A stretch of DNA of 64,000 bases. It comes from Planctomycetota bacterium. Lineage in GTDB: Bacteria; Planctomycetota; Planctomycetia; Pirellulales; Lacipirellulaceae. The position numbers were made by a program, and so were the translations under genes. Location: assembly GCA_039190745.1 (NCBI GenBank), contig JBCCXZ010000002.1:76508-140507 (forward strand), given 5' to 3'. Below, in pieces: positions 10,961 through 21,192 of this stretch. Each line of letters starts with the position of its first letter. The stretch's first letter is position 1. The notes beneath the pieces were generated by a model. The model searched no databases, had not been told where the DNA came from, and was given only the letters and a program-made list of their open reading frames with translations.

Positions 10961-11497
10961 ATGAGCACCGCGAATTACGACGTGAACACCGGTGGAGTGG
11001 GCGTGGCGGGAGGGATAGCAGCCTTGAGTAGCAACACACGCCCGCTCCATCGGCTTCGAGAAGTGCGTCACCAGCAGGGGGTTTCGCTGCGGTCCGCCGC
11101 GCGGAAGCTCGGGGTGAGCATCCAGGACGTGCGGCATCAGGAATCGCCGGGGACCGACCTGCCGATCTCGACGCTGCTTCGCTGGCAGGCGGTGCTAGAG
11201 GTGCCGCTGAGCGACCTGCTCGTGGACTGCGACGGGCCGCTCTCCGACCCGGTTGAGAAGCGCGCAGCGATGCTCCGCGTGATGAAGACCGCCAAGGCTT
11301 TGTCCGAGGCGACGGCCGGACGGCAAGAGCAGAAGGTCGCCGAGATGCTGGTCGACCAGCTCATCGCCTTGATGCCCGAGCTGGCGGAGGTCTCCGCGTG
11401 GCACACGGTCGGTCAGCGACGGACCCAGGACGAGGTGGGCCGGATCGTCGAGAGGACGATCCCCGACACGTTCTTCTCTTCCGATTCGGTGACCTGA
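10961..11497 (+). CDS. XRE/Cro-type helix-turn-helix protein
   Basis: HRLREVRHQQGVSLRSAARKLGVSIQDVRHQE..TLLRWQAVLEVPLSDLL. Confidence 0.85.
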   Translation: MSTANYDVNTGGVGVAGGIAALSSNTRPLHRLREVRHQQGVSLRSAARKLGVSIQDVRHQESPGTDLPISTLLRWQAVLEVPLSDLLVDCDGPLSDPVEKRAAMLRVMKTAKALSEATAGRQEQKVAEMLVDQLIALMPELAEVSAWHTVGQRRTQDEVGRIVERTIPDTFFSSDSVT

Positions 11498-14400
11498 TCA
11501 AACGCGGCCTTGCACGGCGCCGCTCGGCGCGGGCGTTGCAGACCCGTTCGCCGGGTCGGCGCGGTGTTGGGGGAGGCCCGCTGCGGCGAGCTGAACGGCG
11601 ATACACGCAACCGCGCCCGCGGCGAGCAGCGCCTCGGCGGTGCTGAGCGGCAACGCTATTAGCGCAGCGACCGTGACCGCCAGCAAGGCGGGGAGGAACA
11701 GTGCCGCGAGTAGCGCGTCGGTCCAGCGGTACCTGGCGTGGCCCCAAGCGCCCGTTGCGAGAAGCAGAAGCAGAAGAACGCGCTCGGAAGATGCGCCGCC
11801 GGCCGAGGGCTTGGCCGGGAGGTCGGCAACCGGTTCGGAGGTCGTGAAGCTCAGCCGCTGGTCGGCCGGTGCGCCGAACGGGCCGTGGGACTTGTCAGCC
11901 CAACCGGGGGCGCGTGTCTCCCGTAGCCAAGCGTCCCACTCGCTCTCGAGCAGCAGTTGCCTCGCCGCGTCCTGCTCTGCCGAGGCGATCCAGTCCGTCT
12001 CGAACTCTGAAGCAAGAGCTAAGCTTTCCGGAATTGCCGCGGGGTCAGTCAAGAGAATAGACCGGCCCCTTGCCGGGGACACTCGCCAGTAAAATCCTCC
12101 GTCGCCGATCAGACTCTGGTCCTGATACCACCTCGGTGCGTGGAGTTCCGACGCTTCGCGGGGAAGGCCGTACCAGGCCTCGACTAAACGCGGGACGCCG
12201 GGCGGCTGCACCTCCACGCGGACCCGGGTCGTCCAATCCGCAGACCGCGGGGCCCGGACGCCGCCGACCTCAAGCCGCAGCAGGCTAGCTTCGTCCGGTA
12301 GCCGCAGTTCGAGTCCTTCGCTCGCGCCGGAGGCTACCAGCACCCGGGCCCTGGCCAGCGTGGCGCCGGTTGAGTCGACCACCGCCTCAACAAGGGTTGG
12401 TCCGATCTCTGCTATGGTGTGTAGATTCTCGGCCGACACCGCTTTGCCGCGCGGTGCGCCGGCGTCCAACCGGTACGCAAGGACGTCGTGGCTGGATTCG
12501 TCTGACCCCAAGAGTCCCGGTGGGAGAGGCGTTTGCGAACCGTCTGCAGAAGCAAGCCGCTTCAACATCACCTGACCTGGGGAGACCCGGACGAACGCCC
12601 GCTCTTCTGCAGCGTCGGGGAAGCGCACCAGCACGTCTTCGGCCGAAGGCGCATCGATCTTCGCTTCTGCGGAGAGGCGGAACGGCAGCGCTCCCCCGGG
12701 CGTGAGCGGCTCGGGCAGGCGTAGCAGGATAGTGCGGCCTCGCGGGAGTGGCTCTGTCTTGGACGCACCGTCCCAAGCTATCCGTGCGTTCAGCCATGAC
12801 TCGGGTAACTCGCAGGTGATCCATTCCACCGGGCCGTCGGCGGCTTCGACTAATCCGTCAAGCACGAGGCGACGACTCGCTTCCTTTTCCAACCACTGCA
12901 CGGCGGTGCTGACTTGAAACCGAGCCCCGTACTCCGACAACTTCACGCTCCCTGGGTTGGAAACCGACTCGGGCGACCAGCGGGCGTCGCCGGCGGGAAT
13001 CGGTTCGTCACCGGCTGTTGCGACCGCGGCGGTAAGCTCAATTGGGACCGCGACCTCCGAAACATCGAGTCGAACCGCTCTCGCGTGCTCCAGAGACAAC
13101 CGGTACGTCCCGGGCGGACTGCCTTCCAGCGCAACGCCGGGCAGGGGCATGAGGCCGTCTTCTAGAGGCGCCCGGCCTTCGAGCCGAATGGTGTGCGGCC
13201 CGCCGACTCTTTTCGGTAGGAACACGATCAATCTACCGGTGCTGGGGCGCGTGGTGCGAAGCGAGATCGGCTCTTCGCTCTCGTCGGTCACGGCCCAAGC
13301 CGCACGCAGCTCAAACGAAGGGTGCACCTCAAGCCGATGCAACGCAATCCGGCCTTCAACAGCTGTGATCGCTGCGGAGTAATCGACGCCAACCGACGAC
13401 CGATCGAAGTTGAGGCTGACCCGTTGCTCTGCCAAGAACTCGACGGGTTGCTCACGCACGTCGATGCGCCATGGTCGGTCGGCGTCGCGCGACACGAACG
13501 CGGCGTCTGGCTCCGACGGCTTGCTGGGCCAGGCGGACGCGAACGCGGCGGGGTCTGTCTCCTGGGCGCCCGGACGAAGGCGGAGCGAGTAAGCTAGCCC
13601 GGGTTCGACGGTCACCGCCCACTGGATGTCCGGTTCGGGGGCGCCCCCCCAGTCGATTTGGGGCTGGTAGATCCTGCCGATGCCGCCCGATCGATCGGCT
13701 TCGAACGCCCTCACGGCCCCGGTATCGGTCGCGGAGCCGTTGGGGACTTCTCGGTATGGCACTGGTGTACGCAGCTTTGGGAAGGCCGGGCCTTCGCCGG
13801 CCTCACTTGTCGAATCGAACACCTTCAACCGGACCCTATCCCGGCCGATCCGCAGCCAGCACAACGCTGCCCGGGAGTTGGTCTGTTCATCGGCGGTCGC
13901 GTTCGGCGGATTGCTGAGAAGTAAATCCAATCGGTCGGTGTGGCCCGTCCGCAGCGAGGCCAGGCCCTCGGCGTCGGCCCTGGAAAAAGCGTTGGTGGTG
14001 ACGCACTGAACATGGGCGCCCGGCTTCAAGCCGACGACCCGGACGATGGCTTTCGCCGCACGCGGAACCGCCAAGCTAAGACGACCGTATGTCCCGTCTC
14101 TCTCGTGGTCGAAACGGCAAGGCAGCTCGACGCGGTACCGCCCGAGACCGGGGAGATTGAATTGGCAGCGGTCGCCTCCGGCATTCCATTGCACCGGCTG
14201 TCGGATCCCGGCGACCTGAGCGGTGGCCGACCACTGAGCTTCTTCGCGGCGGATGGCGAGTTCGACCCGGCCGCTGCTGTTGCGGCAATCGATGTCCCAC
14301 ACGCAACGCCAGTCTCCGGTCTGTGCGTCGCCCCTGTACTCTGCGTTCACAATGACGAAGCCTAAGCGGCTTTCTGCTCGCGGGTCTGCGATCTCAGCAA

Positions 14401-17400
14401 GAAGCCGAATCGCCGTCTCGGATGCGAGCGGGTTGCCGAGCTGGTAATCGGTTCGGTCGAACGGAAGGACGACCACAGACGGCGCGGGGTCAACGTTTGG
14501 CGTAGCGTCGGCCGCCATTGCCGAGCGGCTCTCGGCGGTGGCCAAGAGGGCGAACACGAACAGACACGCGGCCGGCGCCGAGGAATGGACGCCCTCGGCT
14601 GCTTGGGAAGCACGGCCCGCCCGACCAACCCAGCATGCGCAAACCGCTCCGAGGATCGCCCCTGCGAACAACGGGTGCGCGAGCCACAACCAGCCGGGGG
14701 GGCCGAGCACTACCGCAGCTGTCGCAATGCAGATGAGCACGGCCCGGGCGCGGGTCGCCCGCCGAAGCACTACCGTCACTCCCGTGGCGGCAGCCAGTCC
14801 GAGGACCCAAGACGGCTCGAACGCCTCGGCGACGCGGTAGAAGGTGATGGGTTCGGGTCCGCCGACCAAGTCGAATCGATAGGGCGTCCAACCGGGGAAC
14901 GCCGGCCGTTGTCGACCCGAACCGGCGGGGCCAGCAGTTTGATTGCGAACGACGCCAAACGGCCCGGCGATCCGACTCCAAACCGATGTGCCGTCAGGCC
15001 CGGTTGACGAGAGACAAGCCCGATACCCGGGCGGGGCCCAAGCCACAACGCGGCGTTTTCCAAGTGTGGCTACGCCGGCTGCTTCTGCGGGGGTTGTTGT
15101 GACGCCGCCCCATTCTCGAAGCAACTCGGTTTCGAATCCCACGCGTACTCGCCCTGGAGACTCGCCCCGGAGCAGCGACGCTTCGATGGCCGAAGTCCGC
15201 TGCGAAGGAGCAAGAAGCCGCCGCGCTTCTCCCGAAGCTTGGACCCATGCGTTGCTAGCGTTCGGCGGCAACGGGTACCCCGCAGACCACGGTGCGAGTG
15301 AGTTTGTGCGGAACTCAACCTCGTGGATGGCGCGCCCGTCCGCGAGGTACACCACGTGGTGCTCGGAGTCGTCCGATGAAGGCTGCCCTGCTTCAGAGCT
15401 CCCGGCTGAGCCCTCCTGGGGCAAGACCATCGGCAGCGTCCTGGGGCCCCAGAACCTGCGCGGCGGCAGCCGGTAAGCGGCGACAAGTGGCAAGGTATCG
15501 GCCGGCTCGGGCTGTTCCGCCCCCGGCAATGGCGCGGCAACGGCCCCGCCCGGGCGGACCGATACTCTGCCCGGAGGGGCCCTCACAGCGAGCCAACTCT
15601 GCTGCATCGCGGCGCGGGGGAATCGGATCGCATTACAGCTGGCGTGCGTCTCGGCGACTTCTTCGCACTCGATGTGCAGAACGTACGGCGCTGGGAGATC
15701 GGCCGGGATGCTCAACGTGTAAACGGCCTCGTCTTCTGCATACTCCGAGACGGTGGGCGGCGCTTCGATCCGTTCGCCGTCAGACTCCAGGAAGAACCGG
15801 GCGCCTTCGGGGAGGGGCCTCTGGAATCGGAAGACGAGCGCCGAAAGAGAGCCCCGCTGAGGAGTGGCCTCGCAGCGGTAGCGGTAACGGAACTCGTCGC
15901 CGCAATCGATCTGCAAGACGCTTTCCACAGAAAAAACGGGGGGCGCCGCTCCGAGCGAAACACGCTGATCGGGCCCGAGTACGCTCAATTCGATGGCCTG
16001 CTGCCCAAGGCTCATCGCTTCGACAGCGCCGAAAGATTCGGCATAGGACTCGTCGGAGAGCAAAGCCCCGTCGAGAGCCGCCCCGCGATCGGGCAGCAGT
16101 TCTAAGTCGCGGTCTACTAGGAGCGCGTGAGAACGGTTCGTGTCGTCTTGCCACTCGCAGAGCCTTAGCTCGCGTGCAGTGGGCGACGCCAACTCGGCGG
16201 CGGCGGGTAGTCGGCCGTCGGCCCGCACAACCAAGCGGTCGCCGCCGGTGAGCGGTTCGGACAACGCGACACTGAGCCGACCGTCTCGACGCTGCCACGA
16301 GCGCAGCCGCTCGGGCGGTTCGGTCTCGACCGATTCGATTTCCCACTCGGTCGTGAGGACCCCTTCGATTTGGAAGATGGGCCCCGACTCGACGACAAGT
16401 TCGGTAGCAAGCGCGCCGGAGGATTCGATCGAACCGAGGTCGATCCGGCTCACGCTGCGTGCGGCGAACGCGCGACGCTGTTGGTGGATCACGACTTTGA
16501 GTCGGGCAGAGGGGGAATGGTGCGTCGCGGACGCCGCTCGGCCGGCCCCCCCCTCTGCAGGCGATCGGGGCTCGGCAGTGATCGAGGCGTCCTCCGCTTG
16601 CAGATCGATCAGCCGCAGCCCACTGTCGAGTTCCAGCTCCGTCGAACCTTCGGTCCACTCGCCGCTGGATACCCGAATGGCGGGCAGTTCGAAGGGCCGC
16701 CCCAGGACGAGCGGCGAAAGCGTGCGGCAGACGATCGTGCCGGGGGAGCCGGCGAGCAAAGCTAGCTTCACGGATGTCGGCCCGTGCGGCATGCGTTCGG
16801 CCTGTGCACCGTCTGAGGATTGCTCGACCGCGGTGAGCACAGCGTCCCCACGGAGCGACAAGTCGATAGCCCCGTCGATGGGTTCGTCCCGTCGAAACCG
16901 GACCACGTGTTCCCCATGGATGCCTCCGCGGTCGACGCTGAACCGGCTGTGGCAACTCCAGCGGCAGGCCGGTCGTCGGGCGGGATCGCGCTTCTCGGTA
17001 ACGCGGAGCCGGTACGCATCGGCGGGAGCGAGCGTGTACCGCAGGGCTTGGGGGGTCGCTTGGTCTTGGTCGGTAGGGCGCTGCGCCGCGTCGCTCAGAT
17101 CCGCCTCGCGTCCTTCGGGCAGTTTCAAGTCGAGTACGGCCTTGGTCGCAAGGGGGAGCGAGAACACGTACTCGACCGAAGGGTTGCGGTGCGCCTGCCG
17201 GAACGGTTTGGAAGAGGCCGACCAGGTGATTTCCAGAACGCCGGGCCTCGGCACTGCCACCCCGAAAACGGCTCCCCCCGCCGCGCTGTTCCAGTACCCG
17301 AGAGCGACCGGCTCTTCCGGCCGGTCGACCCATGCGGCGGACTCGACCTGGACGTCCATCGGAGCCAGCCGCAGCACCGAGTTCGTCTTTGCCGAAGGCA

Positions 17401-17740
17401 AACGCTCCAGTTGCAATCGGGAGACACCCGCCAAGCGATGGCGTGCGGGCTGCTCCTCGATCTGGTGAGCCGCGCTACTAATCCAAACCGCTGACTGCGA
17501 GCCGACGCCTCTGGAGTCGCCGTGAAGTAGTAAGAGGTAGTCTTCTTGTCCGATGTCGACGAGCGGCCCGGTGAGGGGGAGGACCGATTCCAGGGCGTCC
17601 GCGGGGACGAAGAGCCGAGGCACCGGCGGGGCGGTGTTCGAGTGCGACTCTTCTTCCGCATCGGCGCGGCTTACTAAGGGCTCCGCCGTGAGGCAGGCCA
17701 GGACAACTAGACAGCAGGTGGCGGCGCGCGAGTACCTCAA
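11498..17740 (-). CDS. Giant (2080 aa) envelope protein of unknown function with two TM clusters
   Basis: Uninterrupted ORF; signal peptide; hydrophobic cluster around nt 14810-14520 and another at the C-terminus; TTG start overlaps the upstream stop (TTGA). Confidence 0.85.
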   Translation of the reverse strand: MRYSRAATCCLVVLACLTAEPLVSRADAEEESHSNTAPPVPRLFVPADALESVLPLTGPLVDIGQEDYLLLLHGDSRGVGSQSAVWISSAAHQIEEQPARHRLAGVSRLQLERLPSAKTNSVLRLAPMDVQVESAAWVDRPEEPVALGYWNSAAGGAVFGVAVPRPGVLEITWSASSKPFRQAHRNPSVEYVFSLPLATKAVLDLKLPEGREADLSDAAQRPTDQDQATPQALRYTLAPADAYRLRVTEKRDPARRPACRWSCHSRFSVDRGGIHGEHVVRFRRDEPIDGAIDLSLRGDAVLTAVEQSSDGAQAERMPHGPTSVKLALLAGSPGTIVCRTLSPLVLGRPFELPAIRVSSGEWTEGSTELELDSGLRLIDLQAEDASITAEPRSPAEGGAGRAASATHHSPSARLKVVIHQQRRAFAARSVSRIDLGSIESSGALATELVVESGPIFQIEGVLTTEWEIESVETEPPERLRSWQRRDGRLSVALSEPLTGGDRLVVRADGRLPAAAELASPTARELRLCEWQDDTNRSHALLVDRDLELLPDRGAALDGALLSDESYAESFGAVEAMSLGQQAIELSVLGPDQRVSLGAAPPVFSVESVLQIDCGDEFRYRYRCEATPQRGSLSALVFRFQRPLPEGARFFLESDGERIEAPPTVSEYAEDEAVYTLSIPADLPAPYVLHIECEEVAETHASCNAIRFPRAAMQQSWLAVRAPPGRVSVRPGGAVAAPLPGAEQPEPADTLPLVAAYRLPPRRFWGPRTLPMVLPQEGSAGSSEAGQPSSDDSEHHVVYLADGRAIHEVEFRTNSLAPWSAGYPLPPNASNAWVQASGEARRLLAPSQRTSAIEASLLRGESPGRVRVGFETELLREWGGVTTTPAEAAGVATLGKRRVVAWAPPGYRACLSSTGPDGTSVWSRIAGPFGVVRNQTAGPAGSGRQRPAFPGWTPYRFDLVGGPEPITFYRVAEAFEPSWVLGLAAATGVTVVLRRATRARAVLICIATAAVVLGPPGWLWLAHPLFAGAILGAVCACWVGRAGRASQAAEGVHSSAPAACLFVFALLATAESRSAMAADATPNVDPAPSVVVLPFDRTDYQLGNPLASETAIRLLAEIADPRAESRLGFVIVNAEYRGDAQTGDWRCVWDIDCRNSSGRVELAIRREEAQWSATAQVAGIRQPVQWNAGGDRCQFNLPGLGRYRVELPCRFDHERDGTYGRLSLAVPRAAKAIVRVVGLKPGAHVQCVTTNAFSRADAEGLASLRTGHTDRLDLLLSNPPNATADEQTNSRAALCWLRIGRDRVRLKVFDSTSEAGEGPAFPKLRTPVPYREVPNGSATDTGAVRAFEADRSGGIGRIYQPQIDWGGAPEPDIQWAVTVEPGLAYSLRLRPGAQETDPAAFASAWPSKPSEPDAAFVSRDADRPWRIDVREQPVEFLAEQRVSLNFDRSSVGVDYSAAITAVEGRIALHRLEVHPSFELRAAWAVTDESEEPISLRTTRPSTGRLIVFLPKRVGGPHTIRLEGRAPLEDGLMPLPGVALEGSPPGTYRLSLEHARAVRLDVSEVAVPIELTAAVATAGDEPIPAGDARWSPESVSNPGSVKLSEYGARFQVSTAVQWLEKEASRRLVLDGLVEAADGPVEWITCELPESWLNARIAWDGASKTEPLPRGRTILLRLPEPLTPGGALPFRLSAEAKIDAPSAEDVLVRFPDAAEERAFVRVSPGQVMLKRLASADGSQTPLPPGLLGSDESSHDVLAYRLDAGAPRGKAVSAENLHTIAEIGPTLVEAVVDSTGATLARARVLVASGASEGLELRLPDEASLLRLEVGGVRAPRSADWTTRVRVEVQPPGVPRLVEAWYGLPREASELHAPRWYQDQSLIGDGGFYWRVSPARGRSILLTDPAAIPESLALASEFETDWIASAEQDAARQLLLESEWDAWLRETRAPGWADKSHGPFGAPADQRLSFTTSEPVADLPAKPSAGGASSERVLLLLLLATGAWGHARYRWTDALLAALFLPALLAVTVAALIALPLSTAEALLAAGAVACIAVQLAAAGLPQHRADPANGSATPAPSGAVQGRV

Positions 17741-20700
17741 GCCGACGACCTCGCGCTGACATCGACACCCGAGTGGCTCTGGGCGCTAGTCGGGTGCGCC
17801 CCGGTCCAAGAGTGGGTCGCGGAATCGGCCGTCGCTGCACGCGGAGAGGCGCCGGATGCGTCCTGTGCCAGCGCAGAATAGCGACGCAAGAACGTGGCCG
17901 CTCCGGCTGCAGACCCTCCTGCAAAAACGCCCAGCGCCAGCGGCAGAGACAGCAGCGGCCACACGGCACAGCAGACGGCCAGTGCCGCCATGGCGGTCGT
18001 CACCAGAGCAACCCGGGAACGCGCTGCGAGGCTGCCCGCCAAGGCAAGGGTCGCAAAGAAACCGAGCGACACAAGCAGGATAACCCAAGCCCGGTTGAAG
18101 ACCACAATCGACGTCTCGCCGGGCGGTTCTAGCGAGACCATGACATAGCGGGGGCCGGTCCACGGCGCCGCCTCGGAGTCGGGCCACGCCATCCATTCAC
18201 CGATTTCCGCGGCCGTGTCGCGGTTAGCAGCTTGAGATCCAGGGCGTCTCGGCGACGCCATGCTTGCCGCGAACCCTTCAGGGACGCCGGCGAGCACCTT
18301 GCCGGACGGCAGCATCAGTTCCCACACCACCGGGTAGGCTGCATCCACGCCGCTAATCTGCACCGGCGCTAGCCCAGGCGTCCGGCCGTTGAGTGGCCGC
18401 AGCCACCGCACTTCGAGCGTGTGCGTGCGCTCTCCGTCGGCCGCGTCGGTGCGACCCGGTTCACCGGGCAGCGTGACGCGCAACCCCTGGTTCTCATCCG
18501 GTTGCGGTTCGACGCGACGCCCGTCGAGCAGAACTTCGATCGGCAAGCCGACCGTAACGGACGGGAGCGACAGGAGCAGTTCGCTCTCGGCCCGCAGGCG
18601 GAACCGTTGTCGATCTTGCTGAACGCGACCAACCACCCACGACTGCAGCCAAGCCTTCTCGACCGCGACGCTGGAATCGGTCGTTTGTCCCGTAGGCGAA
18701 ACCGAAAAGGGGATGGCCCAGGGGTCGCCGCTCGACGAGAAAGACGCTGCCGCCTCGGCAGTGCCGGACGGTGATCGCGACCAAGACGATGCGTACCGCC
18801 CCGCCGCGAGGTTGCACGCGTAACCCTGCGGCGTGCGGATTGTGACCCGCCGGGCCACGCTGTTCGCTTGGGCGGCGCACAGCGGGACGCTCCAGGCAAC
18901 CGAGTCGGGTTGGCCGGTCAGGTCGATCGCCCAGCGGTAACGGAGGCCGAACTCCGACAGCCCCTCGAGCGGTTCGTCGAGCCGCAGCCGGACCGCTACG
19001 GGGTCGCCCCGACCATCGGAGCCGTCTTCTGTTGCGGCATCGGGCGCCGCTACATCGATCGGCCGCCACAGTTCGCCTTCTCTGATCTCAAGAGCGACAC
19101 CACGATCGATCAGGGCCTGAGGGACTAGCAGGGCGATTTCTCGCTCCTGCCCATATTGGACGGCGCAGTCGTAGCGCTGCGTGACCGCCGCTGCGCCGTT
19201 CTCGATGTCGATGCTTGTCTGCAGATCAATGTCCAACCGCACCGGTCGTTGGCTCACTCGGGTTGCGAAGGCAACCTCTCTAGAGAAGGTCCTGTAGTAG
19301 AACGCACCATTGGCAAGCCCGCCTTCGTCGCGGTCGATCTTTGCCAGGCTCGAAAGGCCCACCATGCCCTGGGAGACAGGGCTGAGCGCCAACGCGGGAT
19401 CGGCGTCAACCGTCATCGATCCTGGCAGGGTGCTCCCGCCGACTGGCTCGGGCAGGGGCAGGGAAAACTGCCGCCGGTCTCCCTGCGTATCGCGTCGCAG
19501 TTTGAGCGTCACCCGGGTGGATGTTGTGGCAGGAGAACGGAGGTGCATGACGTAAATCCCGCTGCTGCTCTCGTAGCAGCGGCTCACATCGAGAGCGTCA
19601 CCCGAGGCGGACGGAGCGTCGACGAGCTTCCATTGGTTCAGCGCCACCCTGAGCAGCGAGTCGCCGGGTCCGGTCATTCGGTAGTCAAACTCGGCGGTCA
19701 ATTCGGCGTAGCCGGCGGCAATGCGCAGGTCGAACTCCGGGCGGACACGCACCACGCGGCGGACGGGGTCGGTGTGGAGCTTCAACGACCAGTCGGCGCC
19801 GCCAAAGTCGTAGGCCCCAACCGGCTGCGTTCCGCCGGCGTCTGCCTCCGGACGATCGAGCGGTACCTGCTGGATGTTGCCCGTCTGCTCGCAGAAAACC
19901 CGGAGCCGGTCGGTCGACGATACCTCCACGCGGCCGCGCTGCGTGTACGCCCCGAGGACCTCAAACGCAGTGATCGGCAGAGAAGCGGAAACCGACGCCC
20001 CCGGGAGCGGCGCCTCGCAGACCAGGCGGTAGCGGCGGCGGCCGGCGTCGTCGTCCTCTACTGGCGTTAACTCGAGCACGCCGGGCCCTGTCTCGTGCTG
20101 ATCCGCATTACCTTCCGCGGCGCGGAACCCTTCCGGCAAACGCACCCGGATGCGGCGGTCGGCCGATGCCGGGGTCTTGGTTCGGATGTCGGCCGCGCAC
20201 CGCACGCGGTCGGTCTGTACTTCGACCCGGACGAGGGATTCGGCGTTCAGCACAGCGGGGGCTGTCGCGTCGGAGGTTTGAGGTTGAGTCCACTCGACCT
20301 CGATGGGCGAGACACCGCCTACGGCCTCGAGCGCAACGCCCGCCTCATCCGATGCCGGCAGGGGACGCACCCCCGGCGTGGAGTGGAGCAAGTTAACCGG
20401 ACGCTCGAACAGGATCTCCAAACGTTGGCTCACCGCCGAGGGAACGGAGAGCTTCCATCGCGACGCATCGGCCCGCCGGTCGACTAAGGTGCGGCCCTTG
20501 AGTTCGAGGGTAGACCGTGCCCCTCGGTCTCCCCAAAGCCAGAGAGCGTATCCGCCGCCGCTGCTTTCTACAGCCAAGACCCCTTCCTCCGGGGTCAGTT
20601 GAATCTCTTCGAGGATTAGTCCCGGCATGAGCAGGGGCACACGCAGCTGCCCGCCGCTCGTCTTGCGGACGACGACCTGCAGTTGAACACGCGCTTCGGC

Positions 20701-21021
20701 TTCGAAGATATTGGCGGCACCTTGGAGCTGTTCAATCACGGCACGCGGCGGGACGCCAACAGCGGCGTCCGGCCGGCCGGTCCACGCACGCATCAACTCC
20801 TCGTACTTGGCTCCGACGACGCGGCGGAGGTTGCCCTGCTCATCAGGCAGGAGAAAGACATCCGGCAGAGGCCCGGGCGCGCCAGCCTGTGCTGAGATCG
20901 TTTCCAGGGGACGTGTCGCGTCGGACTCTGCCTCGTCACCCGCCACCAGTGCCGCCCCGCCGGGAAGCAGCCAGAGCAGCATGGCAAGCCGCAAGCCTCG
21001 GGTGGTCGGGCTAAGTCTCAT
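17737..21021 (-). CDS. Large (~1100 aa) envelope protein of unknown function with a C-terminal TM bundle
   Basis: ORF 17737..21135; probable start MRLSPTTRGLRLAMLLWLLPGGAALVA; about three C-terminal hydrophobic helices. Confidence 0.85.
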   Translation of the reverse strand: MRLSPTTRGLRLAMLLWLLPGGAALVAGDEAESDATRPLETISAQAGAPGPLPDVFLLPDEQGNLRRVVGAKYEELMRAWTGRPDAAVGVPPRAVIEQLQGAANIFEAEARVQLQVVVRKTSGGQLRVPLLMPGLILEEIQLTPEEGVLAVESSGGGYALWLWGDRGARSTLELKGRTLVDRRADASRWKLSVPSAVSQRLEILFERPVNLLHSTPGVRPLPASDEAGVALEAVGGVSPIEVEWTQPQTSDATAPAVLNAESLVRVEVQTDRVRCAADIRTKTPASADRRIRVRLPEGFRAAEGNADQHETGPGVLELTPVEDDDAGRRRYRLVCEAPLPGASVSASLPITAFEVLGAYTQRGRVEVSSTDRLRVFCEQTGNIQQVPLDRPEADAGGTQPVGAYDFGGADWSLKLHTDPVRRVVRVRPEFDLRIAAGYAELTAEFDYRMTGPGDSLLRVALNQWKLVDAPSASGDALDVSRCYESSSGIYVMHLRSPATTSTRVTLKLRRDTQGDRRQFSLPLPEPVGGSTLPGSMTVDADPALALSPVSQGMVGLSSLAKIDRDEGGLANGAFYYRTFSREVAFATRVSQRPVRLDIDLQTSIDIENGAAAVTQRYDCAVQYGQEREIALLVPQALIDRGVALEIREGELWRPIDVAAPDAATEDGSDGRGDPVAVRLRLDEPLEGLSEFGLRYRWAIDLTGQPDSVAWSVPLCAAQANSVARRVTIRTPQGYACNLAAGRYASSWSRSPSGTAEAAASFSSSGDPWAIPFSVSPTGQTTDSSVAVEKAWLQSWVVGRVQQDRQRFRLRAESELLLSLPSVTVGLPIEVLLDGRRVEPQPDENQGLRVTLPGEPGRTDAADGERTHTLEVRWLRPLNGRTPGLAPVQISGVDAAYPVVWELMLPSGKVLAGVPEGFAASMASPRRPGSQAANRDTAAEIGEWMAWPDSEAAPWTGPRYVMVSLEPPGETSIVVFNRAWVILLVSLGFFATLALAGSLAARSRVALVTTAMAALAVCCAVWPLLSLPLALGVFAGGSAAGAATFLRRYSALAQDASGASPRAATADSATHSWTGAHPTSAQSHSGVDVSARSSA

Positions 21022-21192
21022 ACGGCCGTTAGGGACGGTTGCAGGCGGGAAGAGTGTAACCCACGGCGGGCTGGCCCAGTTGACGATCGAGCCCGGATCG
21101 AACGCGGTGATCGCCGCCCCACACGTGGACGGCAATGGAATGGCAGCTCGGTAAGCCGGGGATTATACGTGCGAGCTTCCGAGTCGGCTGCG

